From NCBI GenBank assembly GCA_965153455.1, contig OZ234494.1, positions 310,001-374,000 of the forward strand: 64,000 nt of DNA, written 5' to 3'. Position 1 is the stretch's first letter, and each line of letters begins with the position of its first letter. Below are positions 1 through 13,873 of this stretch, piece by piece. A model generated the notes under the pieces. That model saw only the letters and a program-made list of their open reading frames with translations, was not told the DNA's origin and made no database searches. This DNA is from Sphagnum compactum. Lineage: Eukaryota. The position numbers were made by a program, and so were the translations under genes.

Positions 1-78
1 AACACCAATCCTGTCAGAGTTCACATGCCAATGGAGCCATAGAGCTCAAGTGTTGGTGACATTCCTTTCTCTTTATTT

Positions 79-200
79 CTATCCTGCCATGGTGTAAACT
101 TTGGCAGAAATTCTTTTCAAAGGACTGTTGGTGTCAATCTTGCTGCCTTCTGTTTGTTGCTATCCTGCCATGGTCTAAACTTTGGCAGAAATTCTTTTCA
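79..200. repeat. 41-bp direct repeat (79-119 and 160-200)
   Basis: ctatcctgccatggt(g/c)taaactttggcagaaattcttttca occurs twice with 1 mismatch. Confidence 0.9.
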
Positions 201-498
201 GATCCTTTGCACGGGACCTGGGATACCATAGCCTGGAGAAGGCATGTAAATGCAATATGCTGTGATAATATTCTCTCAATATGGAGAAGGTAAGTTTGGC
301 TTTCTCTCTTCTTATATAGCATTTATGCCTAGGGTGGGGAGAATACATGCCTGATCAGTTTGATCTGGATTGCTGATTGTAGGCAAATGAAAGGTACCTG
401 GATCACACATTTAAAGATGCAGGAAGGACTCTGGCTTGAGGACCGAAGAAACCCACCATGTGCGGCAGCCGATAGAGTTGTTTTGGCACCAGGCACAA

Positions 499-900
499 TG
501 CAATTGAACATTTTTGCATGGAATAAAGAGCTTACAAAACATGTTAAGGATGGGCAACCTAAGAAGGTGATCCAGCTTTTCCAACAAATGCAACAAGAAA
601 GAATGAGTCCCAATGAATTCACTTTTGTTGAAGTCATAAAAGCACGTGCTGGTTTAGTAGCACCTGAAGATGGCAGGAATATTCATGAACAGATCATTCA
701 AAGTGGTTGTGAGTCTAATGTCTTTGTGGGGTGTAGCCTTGTTGACATGTACATGCAAAATGTAGGAGCATGGAGGATGCTTGGAGAGTGTTCAACAAGA
801 TGCCATCTCCAGATTGGTCACTTGGACTGCGATGATATTGGAACATGTGAAATGGGAGCAAGGCCAGAAGGCACTGGAACTATTTCAACAAAAGCAACAA
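499..900 (+). pseudogene. PLS-class pentatricopeptide repeat (PPR) gene fragment, frameshifted and 3'-truncated
   Basis: Reads NIFAWN...VIQLFQQMQQERMSPNEFTFVEVIKA...GRNIHEQIIQSGCESNVFVGCSLVDMY. After a 2-nt insertion (~751) it reads AKCRSMEDAWRVFNKMPS, and after a 1-nt deletion (~815) VTWTAMILEHVKWEQGQKALELFQQ. PPR similarity stops abruptly at ~900. Confidence 0.9.
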
Positions 901-1001
901 CTGAAACAAATATTCCAAAAGTTGTGCATTGAACACTACGTATAACATCAAAATTTACAACTTCCAATCCTCCATTTATTTTGAAGTTACTAATCTCTTG
1001 C

Positions 1002-4000
1002 TCACTTCATGACCCATGTTTTATGATGAGATTTTCTAAGGTTGTGAGCCAGCATGGGTCGTGATTTTCCCCAAAACACATTAGTCCTTTCTGGATTTCC
1101 TTGCATCTTAGCACTTGAGATATTGGCCTCAACATTTGAAACAAGCCTTGAGCTATGATAAAATTGATCCATCATCATTTTAGTATGAATGCTTTTGAAT
1201 TGCATATCCCCTTGCTGCCTTTCCCAATTGATCACATTCAATAGATGAAACTAATTGCCCTATTAATTCCTTATTTTCTTGGATTTCTTCCTTAAACGCA
1301 TATGCATATTCAAGTGTAAATGAGGTCTACAAATATTTTTCCCTAGATAGTTTGTCCCTTTGAGCATCAATGCCTTTTCAGCAACTCAATGTTTAGTCTC
1401 CAAGGATTGCACTTTCTCTTGTTCCAATTTATATATTTCATGTGTTGTAGACATTCGGCCTCAAGGTCTAGGCTTACTTCTTTTGTAGCAAACAATATCA
1501 TTCCATTCTTTTTTAGCATCCATCAACTGTTTTCTTTCCAATTCTAAGGCCTCCCTTTCTCTGCACATACAACGTTGAGAGATGTTCCGTAGGAGCATTT
1601 TCGTTACGTAATTAATATTTCAAAACTTGTTTGAACATGGATTTGGCCTAAAGTGTCAAATTGGTGAGGTGTGGTTGGATCTAGATACATGTTGGTTAAA
1701 ATAATGTTCTAAAAGAATATTTAACATTTTGCTACTTCACTAAAATGTGTTACATACAAAAAATTTATCCGTAATGTAACCCTGTCTTTGGGCCTCCATT
1801 CACCCCCTATCCCCTCTTTCAGTGGTATCCACAAAGTAAAGACATTTTAATAAATCTCAGTATGAAATGCTGATACTCAGCATTTAATGCACAAGGTTTG
1901 AGACAAATTATAGTAGTTGTGCCCTTGAGGCGGAGTGAAAATATATGTAGCAACAGTGGAGGCGCTCAAGAAAAAGGAAAGACATGATGAAACTCAATTT
2001 ACCAAGAAAATTGATGGTTTTCTGAGTTTCATCCCCCATTGAATGCTAATGTACTTTTTTGCAGGTTTTTGTATGACATATAGTTTGCTATTGTCAATGA
2101 TAATTGGAACATGGTGAAAAAAATGCATTGATGTGACAATTAGAATGGTCCAAAGAAAGAAAGGACATAAGAAAGAAACCTTGTTGTAGCTTGTGCTACA
2201 AGAGAAGCATCTTCAACCATTTGCTTTTTGACCTTTAATTGTGTTGTCAAGTTAACCTTCACTTCTTGCATTGCTTTTTGTGTCTCTTCCTGGTGATAAT
2301 TAACATGAAGAAAAAAAAAGGTATGAAATTAAATATGATTGTCAAGTAATTAAAAAAGTAATAAGTAAAAACAAAACATGATTATCGTAAGTTCCAAAAA
2401 TGAATTAAATATGAGTTTTAGTTTTGCATACCAAAGTTTGTTGTTGGAGTTGTAATTTAGCTCTATCTTGCAAGACCTTTGTTGCTTGTTTTGCAATTAT
2501 CCTTTGTATGTGCTCCAATTGGCTCTCGACCATGCCTTCCTCCTTTTGCATGTGTAGTACAATGGATCCAAATTGCAACAGATTTGGTTCATTCTCCAAC
2601 ATGTTTCCATATTCTAAATTTTCCTACGAACCATTGAACACAATTATATTTGTATGCCATTGTACAATTGAGTTCCTTTTCATGTTAGAATTTTTAAACG
2701 ATTTGCATGAAAATAACATTTGAACATCTAGAAAAAACTTACTATTTTTCCCATATCCAAATGTTTGTGCATGCATTGGCAATGAAATTCAATTCCATCA
2801 AACAATATTTGCATAGGTTTTGTGGTTGATGATCCATTCCAATTCTCAAAATTGTTTGAAGTTAAATTGCACACCCTTTTTTCTTGCAATATCCCATTTT
2901 CAATCATATATGTTTCCCTTTTCTTCAATTCAACATCTGCATTCATCATATTTGTGGCAATAGCATCCATGTTTCTATGTTTTTCATCAATGTGTTGATG
3001 TTGTTCTTCCAATTTACCAATGCTAAAACCTATTTGCTTTCGAAACTCATGCATATCCTTTGTGATTTGATGTTTCCTTTCTTGTTCGAGCTTCAACAAT
3101 TTAGCCTCTATTTTAGCTACTTTTGCTTCACGAGATTCAATTGCGACTTCCCTTGCATGAATGTCCTCCATAAATTTTGGATGTTTCCTAATTTCCTTCA
3201 ACCACACTTTAACAATTATTAGTGGGAGTCATCACTTGCTATGGTTTAATGCATTTCATTATTGAAAATAATCCATAAAATTAGTGGTCATTACACAATA
3301 TGGGTAATTTCAATTAAAGTCCACTTTTCAACGGAATTATTGCAATTTGCCAACATATAAGAGATATTGTAATAACTTCTTAGGTTAGGCAATAATTAAA
3401 TTATTTTTGGAAATGCTGAATTTTTTAAAAACTATCTATTTGAAATGTTGAAATTTTAAAAAAATTATAAAAGAAGGGCAAAAAACAAAAATTGGTGGAA
3501 ACTTGGGAGCCTCTTACTTTAGGCCAATCCACTTGTAGAACAAGTATTCAGTAATTAAGAATGTTTCTCTATCCTATAATTTGGTGGAACATTATGTCCC
3601 TTCACTTTTGCAAAAACTTATAGTATAAAATGTTGAAGAATGTCTCATTGTGTTAGAGGTTTAAAGTCTTAAAAAAATTCAAAGAAGTTGCCTATGTTTA
3701 TCACAAAAAAATTATTTATTACTTTTTAAATTACTAAAGTGGATTCTCAAAAATAAAATAATTATGTGGCACCCAAGTGCCAAACCTAAAAAGGTACTAC
3801 GATAATATGAAATCAAGAAGTTTAACATCCAATTACAATAATGGAAATTATATATTCATAATATTTATATTTTGATTTATGGTTAAAGAAGATTCTTGAG
3901 GTCATAGTTGTCATAAGGTTTGATTTTTATGTACATGTCATTAGATTGATTTATGAAAATGCTTACAAGATTGGTTGTCTCTAACTTACTAACTTTCCTT

Positions 4001-7000
4001 ATTCTATATGTTCCATTTCAAACATGCAAGATGATGATGATCCTTTTTCATGAACAAATTGTTCTTCTTGCAACCTTTCCAATTCTGAAAAATACAAATT
4101 CAATAATATTGCTCGAAAAATCAAGATCAAGTTAGATTATTAATTAATGATTATAACAATGTAGGTTGGGGGTCCAAATACTTAACATGCAAAATAATTG
4201 AGAATGCATGTATTGTAATTTATTATTTTTAAATTTTCAAAATAAACCTAAAGGCTTCTAAGGTTACATGAAATAATTAGGTGACCAAATTCCTTGTTTT
4301 GGTATTCAACTATTTTTTAATAATTTTAAAATAAGACTCCTAATTTGAAAGGACTATATCCAATCAACCAATTACATTTATTGATCACTCACACATTTAG
4401 AAATACCATTGTTTCATTTTGTTTGAGTTCAATATTCAAGGTGTTTTGCAACTTGACAATAAAAATATAAAGGTAGGTAACTAATAAATACAACTTAAAT
4501 ATAAAGGATTTCAAAAAATTCACTACACCCGTGTCAACTTAACTAAAATTGAACATTGAAAATCTCATATATTAAATAAAGATTTGAGAAATTATTTTAA
4601 ATATTTATATTTATCTTTCCATGTGAACTTTTTGCGTTACAAAAAAGTTGTTCATAATTTTCCATTTAAAATAGTTGCATTTATCCACCCTATTTGCATA
4701 TTCAAAACACAATAAATAGTGTACCTTTTTCAAACAAAGAAGTCTTTGCTTCTTTTTTTGCAACTTGATGTAAACGTCCTTTAATTTGCATTTCTAGCTT
4801 AGACATAGTTTGATTATCCTCCTCAAAAATCTTTGCTTTCTTTTTTAATATTATTTCAAAATTTAATAACTCCTCTTCTTTTGTTTGCAAGATTTCTTGT
4901 TTTTCTTTTAAAATTTGTCTTTCTTCTTTTTGGTTCATTTTATTTTCTTCGAGTAAAGTGTTTTCATGTTTCAAAACAAGAGCATGTTCCTCCACTTCTA
5001 TAATCATAATTTTTAAGGCTTTTTTTTCATCCATTAGCTTCATTTTTAAACCCTGCACATTTTTTTCACCTTAGTCAAGTTGCATATTTGACATTCTTTG
5101 AAAGTAATCATTTTATGGTTACATAACTTAACCAATTGTTAGTACATTGATTGATTCTTTTCAACCTAGTGCACACATTTCATCAACACGTATAATAATT
5201 GAACACCTTTTGAATATATAATGTGACAAGGATGCCAAACATCATAACAAATACTTATATAAACATTACATACATGTGGTTCTTCAAATGGAGGTTGGAG
5301 TTGTTGTCAAGTGAACATATATATCCATCTCAATATTAAATTTAATCAGAATATTCAAGGGCACAAGTACAAAAACTTGGTTTTGGATATTACATGCAAG
5401 TCATTCTTGTTGATGATTGTTTGTTCTTGAAACTACAAATTTTCCTCTTTTCTTGCCAATCCTATTGCCATTTCTTTTAGTTTGTTGTAATGCAATGCCT
5501 CCTTGCATTCAAAAAAATTCACACATAAAATGCTAAAATTATCCAAATAGATTGAAATGATGACAAAATTGGTGACATTCATCCTTTAAGAACTTCTGTT
5601 ATAGGTGTATACTTGGTTTCTTAAGTCACATTCTTTTGTGTTGAGAAGATTTTTGTCGTGTAGTCAATTTGTCAGCCCAAAATTCCAACTTATTCTTTGA
5701 TTCTTCAAGCTTATGTTGATAGCAATTAAGTTTTGTGGTAGCTTGATCTAGTTTAGCCATTTTTTCGATAATTTGTGCTCCAGCTTGTTCTATGTATGTT
5801 TGAAGTTTTCTCTGTCATTGTTAAGTTTCATCATTATTAAGGTGAATATTCAAAGGACAATGATTTCATGATTGTCCAAAAATTACCATTTGAAATTATC
5901 CATATCATCATGTAATAATGGATAAGAAATCAACCTAAAAGTTAAATTTCCTTCCTTTTCAAACTGAAAAGTGGTGATGTAGATGTAACTAGTTCTTGTA
6001 TTTGTGTTGTAAGTTCCTCCTTTCCAATGATAAAACTATTGATTCGTTTTTTCAAGGTCTCCTCAGCTTCTTGTTGCCAAATTAAAAGGTCTTGTTTTGT
6101 ACTATGAACATCTTTTAGTTCTTTTTCAACCTTTTGTTTTGTTGCTTGGAGTTCTTGCATTTGAGCATTATAATTCATCGCATGTGTAGAAACCTAATTC
6201 CAACAACAAGTGGTCTTTAAATCAAATGATACATATCATATATATATATATATGATAATTAACCCAACTTTGGAATGGGTCACAAGTAATATGCACTTAC
6301 ATCTTGAGTGTGTTTTTCATGTTTGGCGTGCAATTCCTTCTCTGCAACTTTTATTTTAACTTTCATCTCCATAAGATGTTTCATCTCCTCTATAGTACAT
6401 CTTTTTTCCTCTACCAAAATCCCTATGTCCTTTTTCATATTTGCTTCGTTATTTTCTAATGTTTCACTTTGAATTGTGATATTTTCTTGTTTGGATTTTA
6501 TTTTTTCATTCCATACTTGTTGTTCATTCACAAGCTTTGTTCGCATCACCTACAATGAAAGATTAATGTCTATAAAAATCAATAACATTGACCCACAACA
6601 ATCAAGTGCCATAGATGTGGGCGGGTGGGGGGATAGGTGAAGGATGTCAAAATGGATCATTAGATTTGTCCGTCTTCCACCTTTTGTTAGTTTTTTCAAC
6701 ATTTGGAAGTTTTATAACATTATTGTCATTAAGATTCAAAATGATAAGTGTAATCAATAATTAGAATAATTAATATGTAATTATGAACTAACTTTTAATT
6801 TTTCTTGTTCATTCTTCATTTGTAAATCAAGCTCTTTTAATTCACTTTCTTTTTGTAAGAGTTCTTGCTATTTTATACATAATTGGTCTTCTTTGGGCTT
6901 CATGCTTTGTTCCATGGACTGAATGAATTCTCCAACTTTTGATTGTTCCATAGCAAGTTTTGCCCAAACATTTTCAACATTTTTGTTTAATTCTTGTGCT

Positions 7001-10000
7001 TCAAATATAGCCCCTTCAACTTCCTTTAATTGCAATTTGTCTTGTTCAAAATCAGCCATGGTTTTTTGTAACTTCATCTTATCATTTTCCAAGTCCACTT
7101 GTAAAAGCTTAAGATCATCTTCCCTTTGGTTGAGTTTTTGTGTCATTTCTTCCATTGCACAAGCTCTACGTTGTAATTCCTTTTCTTGTTCCAATAGTGT
7201 TGCTTCCTTTGTTGTGAAATTACGATCCATTTCTTTCTTAATAGACATAAATGTTTCTTGCATTTTTTTTTCATTTGTCAATTTTTCATTTTCAAATCCT
7301 TCCTTCTTAGTGTCAAGTTCCTTTTGCATTTTTATCAAAGTTGAAATCTCTGATTGCAGCTTGCCCTTCATTTTCTTCCAAAATTTTCGTCTTTTGATCT
7401 AAAATCATTTGTTTTTCTATTAACCTTTGTGAGGTCATATTCAACTTTTTTTGTAAGATTAATGATTCAGCTATTGCATCCATGTGGGTTTGCTGCATAG
7501 ATAATTCTATTACCTTTTCTTGGCCTTGTAATAATGATGTAATTAAATCTTTTTCACATTCTATTATAACCTAATGATCCAAGACCAATTGTTAAAGTAT
7601 AACAATCATTCCATTTTCAAATAAACTAAAGAAATTGTAATTCCTTTTCTTCACATTGCTAAAATCTAATTGCAAATGAACTTCAATTGTAATTCAAAAT
7701 TTAAAACTAAACATATATGGTGCACGTATTAGTGTGAACATAAGTGTTTAAAGTCTTTCTCTCTTTTTGTTTTTTTGTAAATCTAATTGTTTTGTGAAGC
7801 ATATAAAAATAATATTACAAGATTTAAAAATACATTCAATTAAATGAGGTCAATGTAATCTTATTGCATGTCAAAATTGAGGGGTTGAAATCTTGTAATA
7901 AACTAATCTATAAGGTTGGAAACATCTATGATAAGAATTGTCAACTTTAAGCATACCTTATGGTGATCTTGTAAATGAGTGATCCAAAGGACCAAATTTT
8001 CATGTTTTTGAAATAACTTGGTTTTATCATCTTCTACATTAGAACCATTATAATTAGATGTCCTCATCATGGTTTTGGGCTTGATAAAAATTTCATCCAT
8101 TAAACTTTCAACTTTGGTTATAATGTCTGGATTCAAGTTGGCAACATCATTTAATCCTTTTCTTTTAAACACATCAACCCAATTTTGAAAGTATATTCCT
8201 TGATCCAAGAAGGCAATTAGTTGTTGACAAAATCCAATAATAGCAATGCACATTTTGTCATTACATTTATCATTTGTAGCCAAGAATGAAACCTTTTCCA
8301 AATTGGCAACATCTTTTTTCATGATTGATATATTTGGTTCAAATCTTAATGGGGCAATTCCCAAGTTTGAATTCTCTAATTTAGTTTGCATATTTTCAAT
8401 GCCTTTATGTTCAAATTGCCTACATAAAACATCATGTAATGTTACAAACAAGTCTTTCATGACTTCATCCCTTCTTATTGCATTCAATGACATTGCCTCC
8501 ATTTTGTCATGCTGTTGCAAAACCACCATAACAATACAAGTGTAAGATTCAATAAACAACTCAAATCAAAATGTTATTCATCATGTACACAAATGTGGTG
8601 CTAACCTATTATCACTATTTCAATTGATTAACAATATGATCAAACTTGGAATGATGATGTCATTAACATTCAAATTGTGCAATGTTTGAACTAGAAGGTA
8701 CATTCACAAATTAAGGAACCACTCAATGTGCAACTATTATTTAAGTTTACATGATTAAAAATCATATATAATTCCAAGTCTCATGAATGTTCAATAAATT
8801 TATACAACAACACTTTAAATATATCAATGTAACATTTGAATAAATTTGAAAGTGATTCAATGAACATAAAATATTATAAATAAATAAATCACTATAATTG
8901 TGCTCCAAAAAAAATCCATTATTTATGTATTATTTAAGTAATGTTTGGCCAATCCTGAATTGCATGTCAACCAATTGGATTATTTAAGGATGACTTAAGG
9001 GTGCACACTGGTTCTTTAATTTGTGAATGTACCCTAGACTTATATTTGGGTTTTTAATGTTGTATGTAAGGAGATGAACTATATCCAAGTTTATTCATCA
9101 TTTCTAGGAGTCACATAACATAGAATGAATGTGTTTCTAATATGGTTTTTTCAAACAAAAAATTTTCATTACACTTTTGCTCCAACAATATATGTGAATT
9201 ACTTGTTTCACATGTACACAACTTCATGTTTATTAAGGACTTTTATGATTCAAATTTGAACTTTAAGTCTTGTAGAACTTTATTTTTTACAAATGGTTTT
9301 TTCATAGAAAATATTAAGTTGTTTCCCCTTCATCAATGTTCACTTTACTAAAAGGGAAAAAATGACATTTCAAATATATATTCCAATCTTTTACAATCAC
9401 ATAAAGCTCAATACATTGATTGATCAATTGACAATTTTATCCAATAAATCAACATTATAAATGACAAATAGACATCCAACCAAGCTTCATCATGCCCACC
9501 GGCATCATGTTTCCTAAAACCTTTTGTTTGTTCAATTCACACTCTTTACTTTCGTTGGATTCCTTTGAAATATATGGTGTAAATACATGTGAAGATCCTT
9601 CTTGATTGTCATGCTACGAAACAAATGTTTCATGTATTTGCCAAAGAAAAAATAATGTTATGAAAAGTATTCAATTCCCAAGCAATTCATTTTGAGGTCA
9701 CATCATCTTCAACATGCAATTTGATAAGTGCTTAGATTTTAATATTGTTCAAACAAATCAATTTGACACTAGATTGACAACAATTGTGGCCTAAATTATA
9801 TTACAAATGCCATTTTATTTTATTTTTTATTGCCTTGAAGAAAGGGGTGATGCACATTAACATTCCTAGTGCATGAAAAAAATGATCTTATTTTTCAATA
9901 CCATTTTGCTTAACAAATTGTTTTGATTTGCCATGGTTCTGCAAGACAAATTTTTAAATTGTCACACAACTTATTAAAATTAGAGATATTCTTCTTAGTT

Positions 10001-11488
10001 AAAATTTATATGATAATAATTGTTGAAACCTATTCCTAAAATTTCTATTCATGTTGATGATGTTCTTAATAAATTACGCATATTAATTCATTTCAATACT
10101 AGTCTTACACAAAAATCTTATAAGAACTATAAAAGGAACATAAATTTGTCTTGTTAGGTATTCTTCATATTGTATTCAATTTAATGGAATTTCAATATTA
10201 GTTTCATTTGGTGACCTTGATTGATTTGAAAGGCAAGAATTAATTGGTTTAGGATCATCAATGGCCAACGAAGTTGTAAACAATGGCAATGCATGTTCTT
10301 TGGGAAACCTCTCATTTGAAAATTGTGCCCTTGGATCCAAATTTTTAGGATTCGAAGTCACAAGACCATTGTGCACGTGTTCAACACTTTTGACTTCTTT
10401 AGCAAACTCCCTAGATGGTATACATGATAGTAAAGGGTCATATGATAAACAAGTCTTTGAAGCGTTTTGTTTGGAGGCAACATTTTTGTAATGTGTTTTA
10501 TGAGGCTTTACATTTATGTGATGTATGATGGGTACTTTTATCTTTGATAACTTCATAGAAGCAAGATGAACATAAGGTGCCAAATATGTGTACTTGGAGG
10601 ATTTTGAACTAGATTTGGGAAGGGATTTTGCTTGAAGGGAAGAATTAGAGTATATTTCTAGAGGAGAATTTTGTTGTTCATATGGAGGCTTATTGTAGGC
10701 AACCAAATTCTTGGTAGGGCATAAGGAATAATCCACGCTGCAAGAAGATTTTCGTGAAGGATGGATTGTGAATAATGGGTTGCAATAAGATGATGATGTT
10801 GATTGCACTAATAACTCTTGCGAGTTGCCTTCTAGTAAAGAACCTCCATTGACTTGAGGAGTGCCATTGTTGACTTCCCATTTTGTAGATCTTTTTTGGA
10901 AACTCAACCACTATTTCAAACATTCACAAAAAGAAATTAGGGTTAAACACTTTCAAAGAATGGAGTTAAAGCAACATCTAAAAGACATTGGAATGATGTA
11001 ACATTTCTTCTTTGCTTGAATGGAACAATTTTAACATTCTTTCACCTTCCTTAAAATATCAAGAAAAGTTCACCTGGGTCTCAAGTTGTTCAAACCGCTT
11101 TGCAATGTCACAAGCTATGGACATGTCATCAACAATTGAGACACCTCTTGATGGTAAGATTGTTCCACATTTTCCCATGTCTCAATACCCTAACCTACAA
11201 CTTGATGATACAATGCTAGTTTTGTAGCATAATGCAAAAACTACATCTAAAACTAACTTGAACATACATGACAATAAGATATTGTTAGATGGTTTCTCAA
11301 AACCCCAATGATCATTTTACCAGCTTCAGTCTCTTCAATCATACTCCAAGTGGCAAGCATATTTCTCAAATGTCTCAAACATGACATGACACTTTGATGT
11401 GGTTCCTTCTGACTATCATAGATGGTATGTGCATGCTTGTGGGGACAATTCTCTTGTTCATTTAAAATATTTGCCACATTCAAAAGAG
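1002..11488 (-). pseudogene. Large multi-exon gene relic: Med26/TFIIS-N-like domain + Ser-rich linker + long E/K/Q-rich coiled coil
   Basis: Chain of minus-strand exon-like blocks with GT/AG ends, approx. 11488-11268, 11193-11073, 10907-10210, 9613-9500, 9348-9203, 8513-7957, 7570-6793, 6549-6301, 6194-5980, 5069-4723, 3220-2735, 2622-2448, 1561-1002. In-frame TAG at 6870-6868 inside an exon that continues QELLQKESELKELDL; frameshift near 7375; several TAA/TGA in the 9348-9203 exon. First exon not resolved. Confidence 0.75.
8696..9034. mobile_element. MITE (339 bp) in an intron of the coiled-coil pseudogene
   Basis: 26-bp TIR RGGTACATTCACAAATTAARGAACCA (24/26 identical ends); TAGA on both flanks. 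Confidence 0.85.
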
Positions 11489-11956
11489 CTGAATTACAGA
11501 AAAACATGAGAAGACATTAGAGACACAAAATTGTAAAAGCACACACTAACATGCCATCATCAAATCATCACCCAAATCCATCATATGCATGCCACCCACA
11601 AACAAGACATCGGTGTGACCAAATGAGGTGAGGCCTGAGACCAACGAGGTGATCATGAGAGACTGAGGTAGAGAATAATAATCTTGAGGATGTATGTATA
11701 TCAGCGGGTGGTGAAAGATTTCACTTCCAAGGAACAGATTGCTGGTATGGTGGACCGAGTTTGGACATGCAACGCATGACTCTGCATCAACGGGTTATTG
11801 AACGAAGGTGCGTGATATGAAAACAAGGACTCTTGAATTGGGGCAGCTCTGCTGCAGCTTGCAGGAGGAGGAAATGAAGACAAGCAGCAGCAATCAAGAG
11901 TGGTATTTTCAGCGGTTATTCTGCCTGGTTATGAACCAGTTGCTCTCACCTCACTG

Positions 11957-12029
11957 TGTAACGCCCTGGCAGCAGGGCATTACACACTATGAATGGATGG
12001 GGTAATGGCCTAGCTGCCAGGGCATTACA
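11957..12029. repeat. Inverted repeat/hairpin upstream of the coiled-coil pseudogene
   Basis: tgtaacgccctggcagcagggcattac versus reverse complement of gtaatggcctagctgccagggcattaca. Confidence 0.75.
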
Positions 12030-12772
12030 TGACATAATGTGTAGGGTAAGGCCCCGCTATGACAGCACTGTGTAACAACCGAAGTAATCAATGGTTTTTG
12101 AAAAAATTAAATTACCTTCCAAAGATCTTATTGGCTTACATTCTGCGCCCTATGGATCTTACAATCTCACACCCTCCGCTCTAGGGCTCTTTTTGTAAGC
12201 TTGATTACTAAATGTAACCTGCCTTATAAATACACTAAGAATTCTCTCCAAGGTTGTTACAATTGAAGCAGGCCAATACGGCAGTCATAATTTCCCACCA
12301 TATGGATGGACAGGAGACCCCATTATAGGGATCAGCCCAGCTTGAGGGCATTTTGCTAAATAGAATATGCCCACCCTCTAGGTTGTTAGCATGGGCCATG
12401 AAATGATTCAGCAAGCGCGTAATCCCAACTATCAATTATAATCCATACTAATCACACCCAACTTCAACCTCAAATGCACAATGATGTGCAAAGAATTTGA
12501 TTTGCAATATTGACTGTGGTAGGCAAAATTATGGCTAGTGACCTCTGCGGTCTTGTTGAGTCCACTATTGTTCAAAACAGAATGATCACCCATAATTTGG
12601 AATAAATTGGGACATTAGGTGTTGAATATCAACATCCCACTAAGTTATTTTTACATCCGAGAAATCCAGGCAAGCACTCTAATTTGGAAAATAAGATCTA
12701 TCTACTTGAATTATTCCTCATGACATGTGATACTTTTGGCATGGAATGTTCACCTTTAGATCTGCAAGCTAA

Positions 12773-13097
12773 GAGCATCTCCACCCCCACACCAGCAAAC
12801 ACCCCTTTCCATTAAATCTTGCAGAAGGATAGTGTAAATCCTGCTGCACTCCTGTATTGATATCCATTTGGATGTCCATTTTGCAGTGGTCATTTTAACC
12901 CCTTTCAAAGCTTTTTTCTACTTTGGATTTGGACGGTGACTATGACTTGTCCAGATGTAAAGACATAAATGGTCTTTGAGTGTTTAAAGGGACTTTAATG
13001 ACGTTTGTGGGTGGGGACACTGATCATTATCCCATTTGTATGGTATTTCTCTTCTAAAATAAAGGAGTTGCTTACAGTTTTGGGGGTGGAGATGCTC
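12773..13097. mobile_element. Tourist-like (PIF/Harbinger) MITE, 325 bp
   Basis: Perfect 17-bp TIR GAGCATCTCCACCCCCA; TAA TSD at 12770-12772 and 13098-13100. Confidence 0.92.
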
Positions 13098-13873
13098 TAA
13101 CGTCCCTTACAATAATCGGCACCTCAATTAGAACCTCAGGAGGGCTTAGGGGAGGATCCTAAGTTTGTAGCAACTTGTGTGATCCTACAATTGGGTGTAG
13201 TCCCTCAACCAAATCTTTGATGTTCTTTTTAATTTCAATTTGTTTTTTCCTAGTTCCAACATGGTATCACACCCCAACGAACCTCAAGTGCTCGTGAAGA
13301 AAAGAAGGATTGAAGCAGTCTTTCTTTTATGGGGGAAGTTTTGTCACATATGAGATTTCTTAAATTTTTCAAAAATCAAGTGATTTTTGGGGTTATCTAT
13401 TGCCATAGTTTGCAATTTAAAACAAAATCAGAAAAATTGCCAGAAAAAGTAGATTGCCAAAAATATAGAAGGATGCCGAGAGCTTTTTACTTTCATTGTT
13501 CATTTCTAGCCAATTTGGCCAAACCTTTTTATGCACGGTCATCACGTTAGCTACATCAATTTGTTTAAAAAGCACTGGATTGAAGTTGTTTGAAAACTTG
13601 AAAGTTTTCAAAATTGATTATTTCAACCTTAAAGAAGCTTTTGCTTGGATTTAATTTTTTGGGGGAGGAATTCCTTTTTTTCAAAATGTGACTCTACAAG
13701 CATTTCCGTTTTTTCAAACACCTCCCAAACTATGATGGACATTGTGTTTTTTGAAATGCCCTCCATTATTTCCTTTTTTTTCTTACAATATTCAATGAGT
13801 ATCGCAAAAAAAAAATGACACAATGTTTCACTTATGAGATAACCCTTGATATGAGGATATAACTCTTAATATG

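Noticed and set aside
2424..10491. Plus-strand ORFs 2424-2723, 2884-3222, 6923-7402, 8246-8545, 10261-10491
   Set aside because: Antisense shadows of the minus-strand coiled-coil exons
11701..11883. First coding exon of the coiled-coil gene
   Set aside because: TTG start, upstream in-frame stop, and no phase-compatible donor found
12235..12435. Possible second PPR relic (NLEGGHILFSKMPS) on the minus strand
   Set aside because: Only a short motif resemblance with no flanking PPR repeats
13255..13275. LTR end plus tRNA-Met primer binding site (CA-TGGTATCA)
   Set aside because: Only 8 nt match TGGTATCAGAGC; no second LTR or gag/pol nearby
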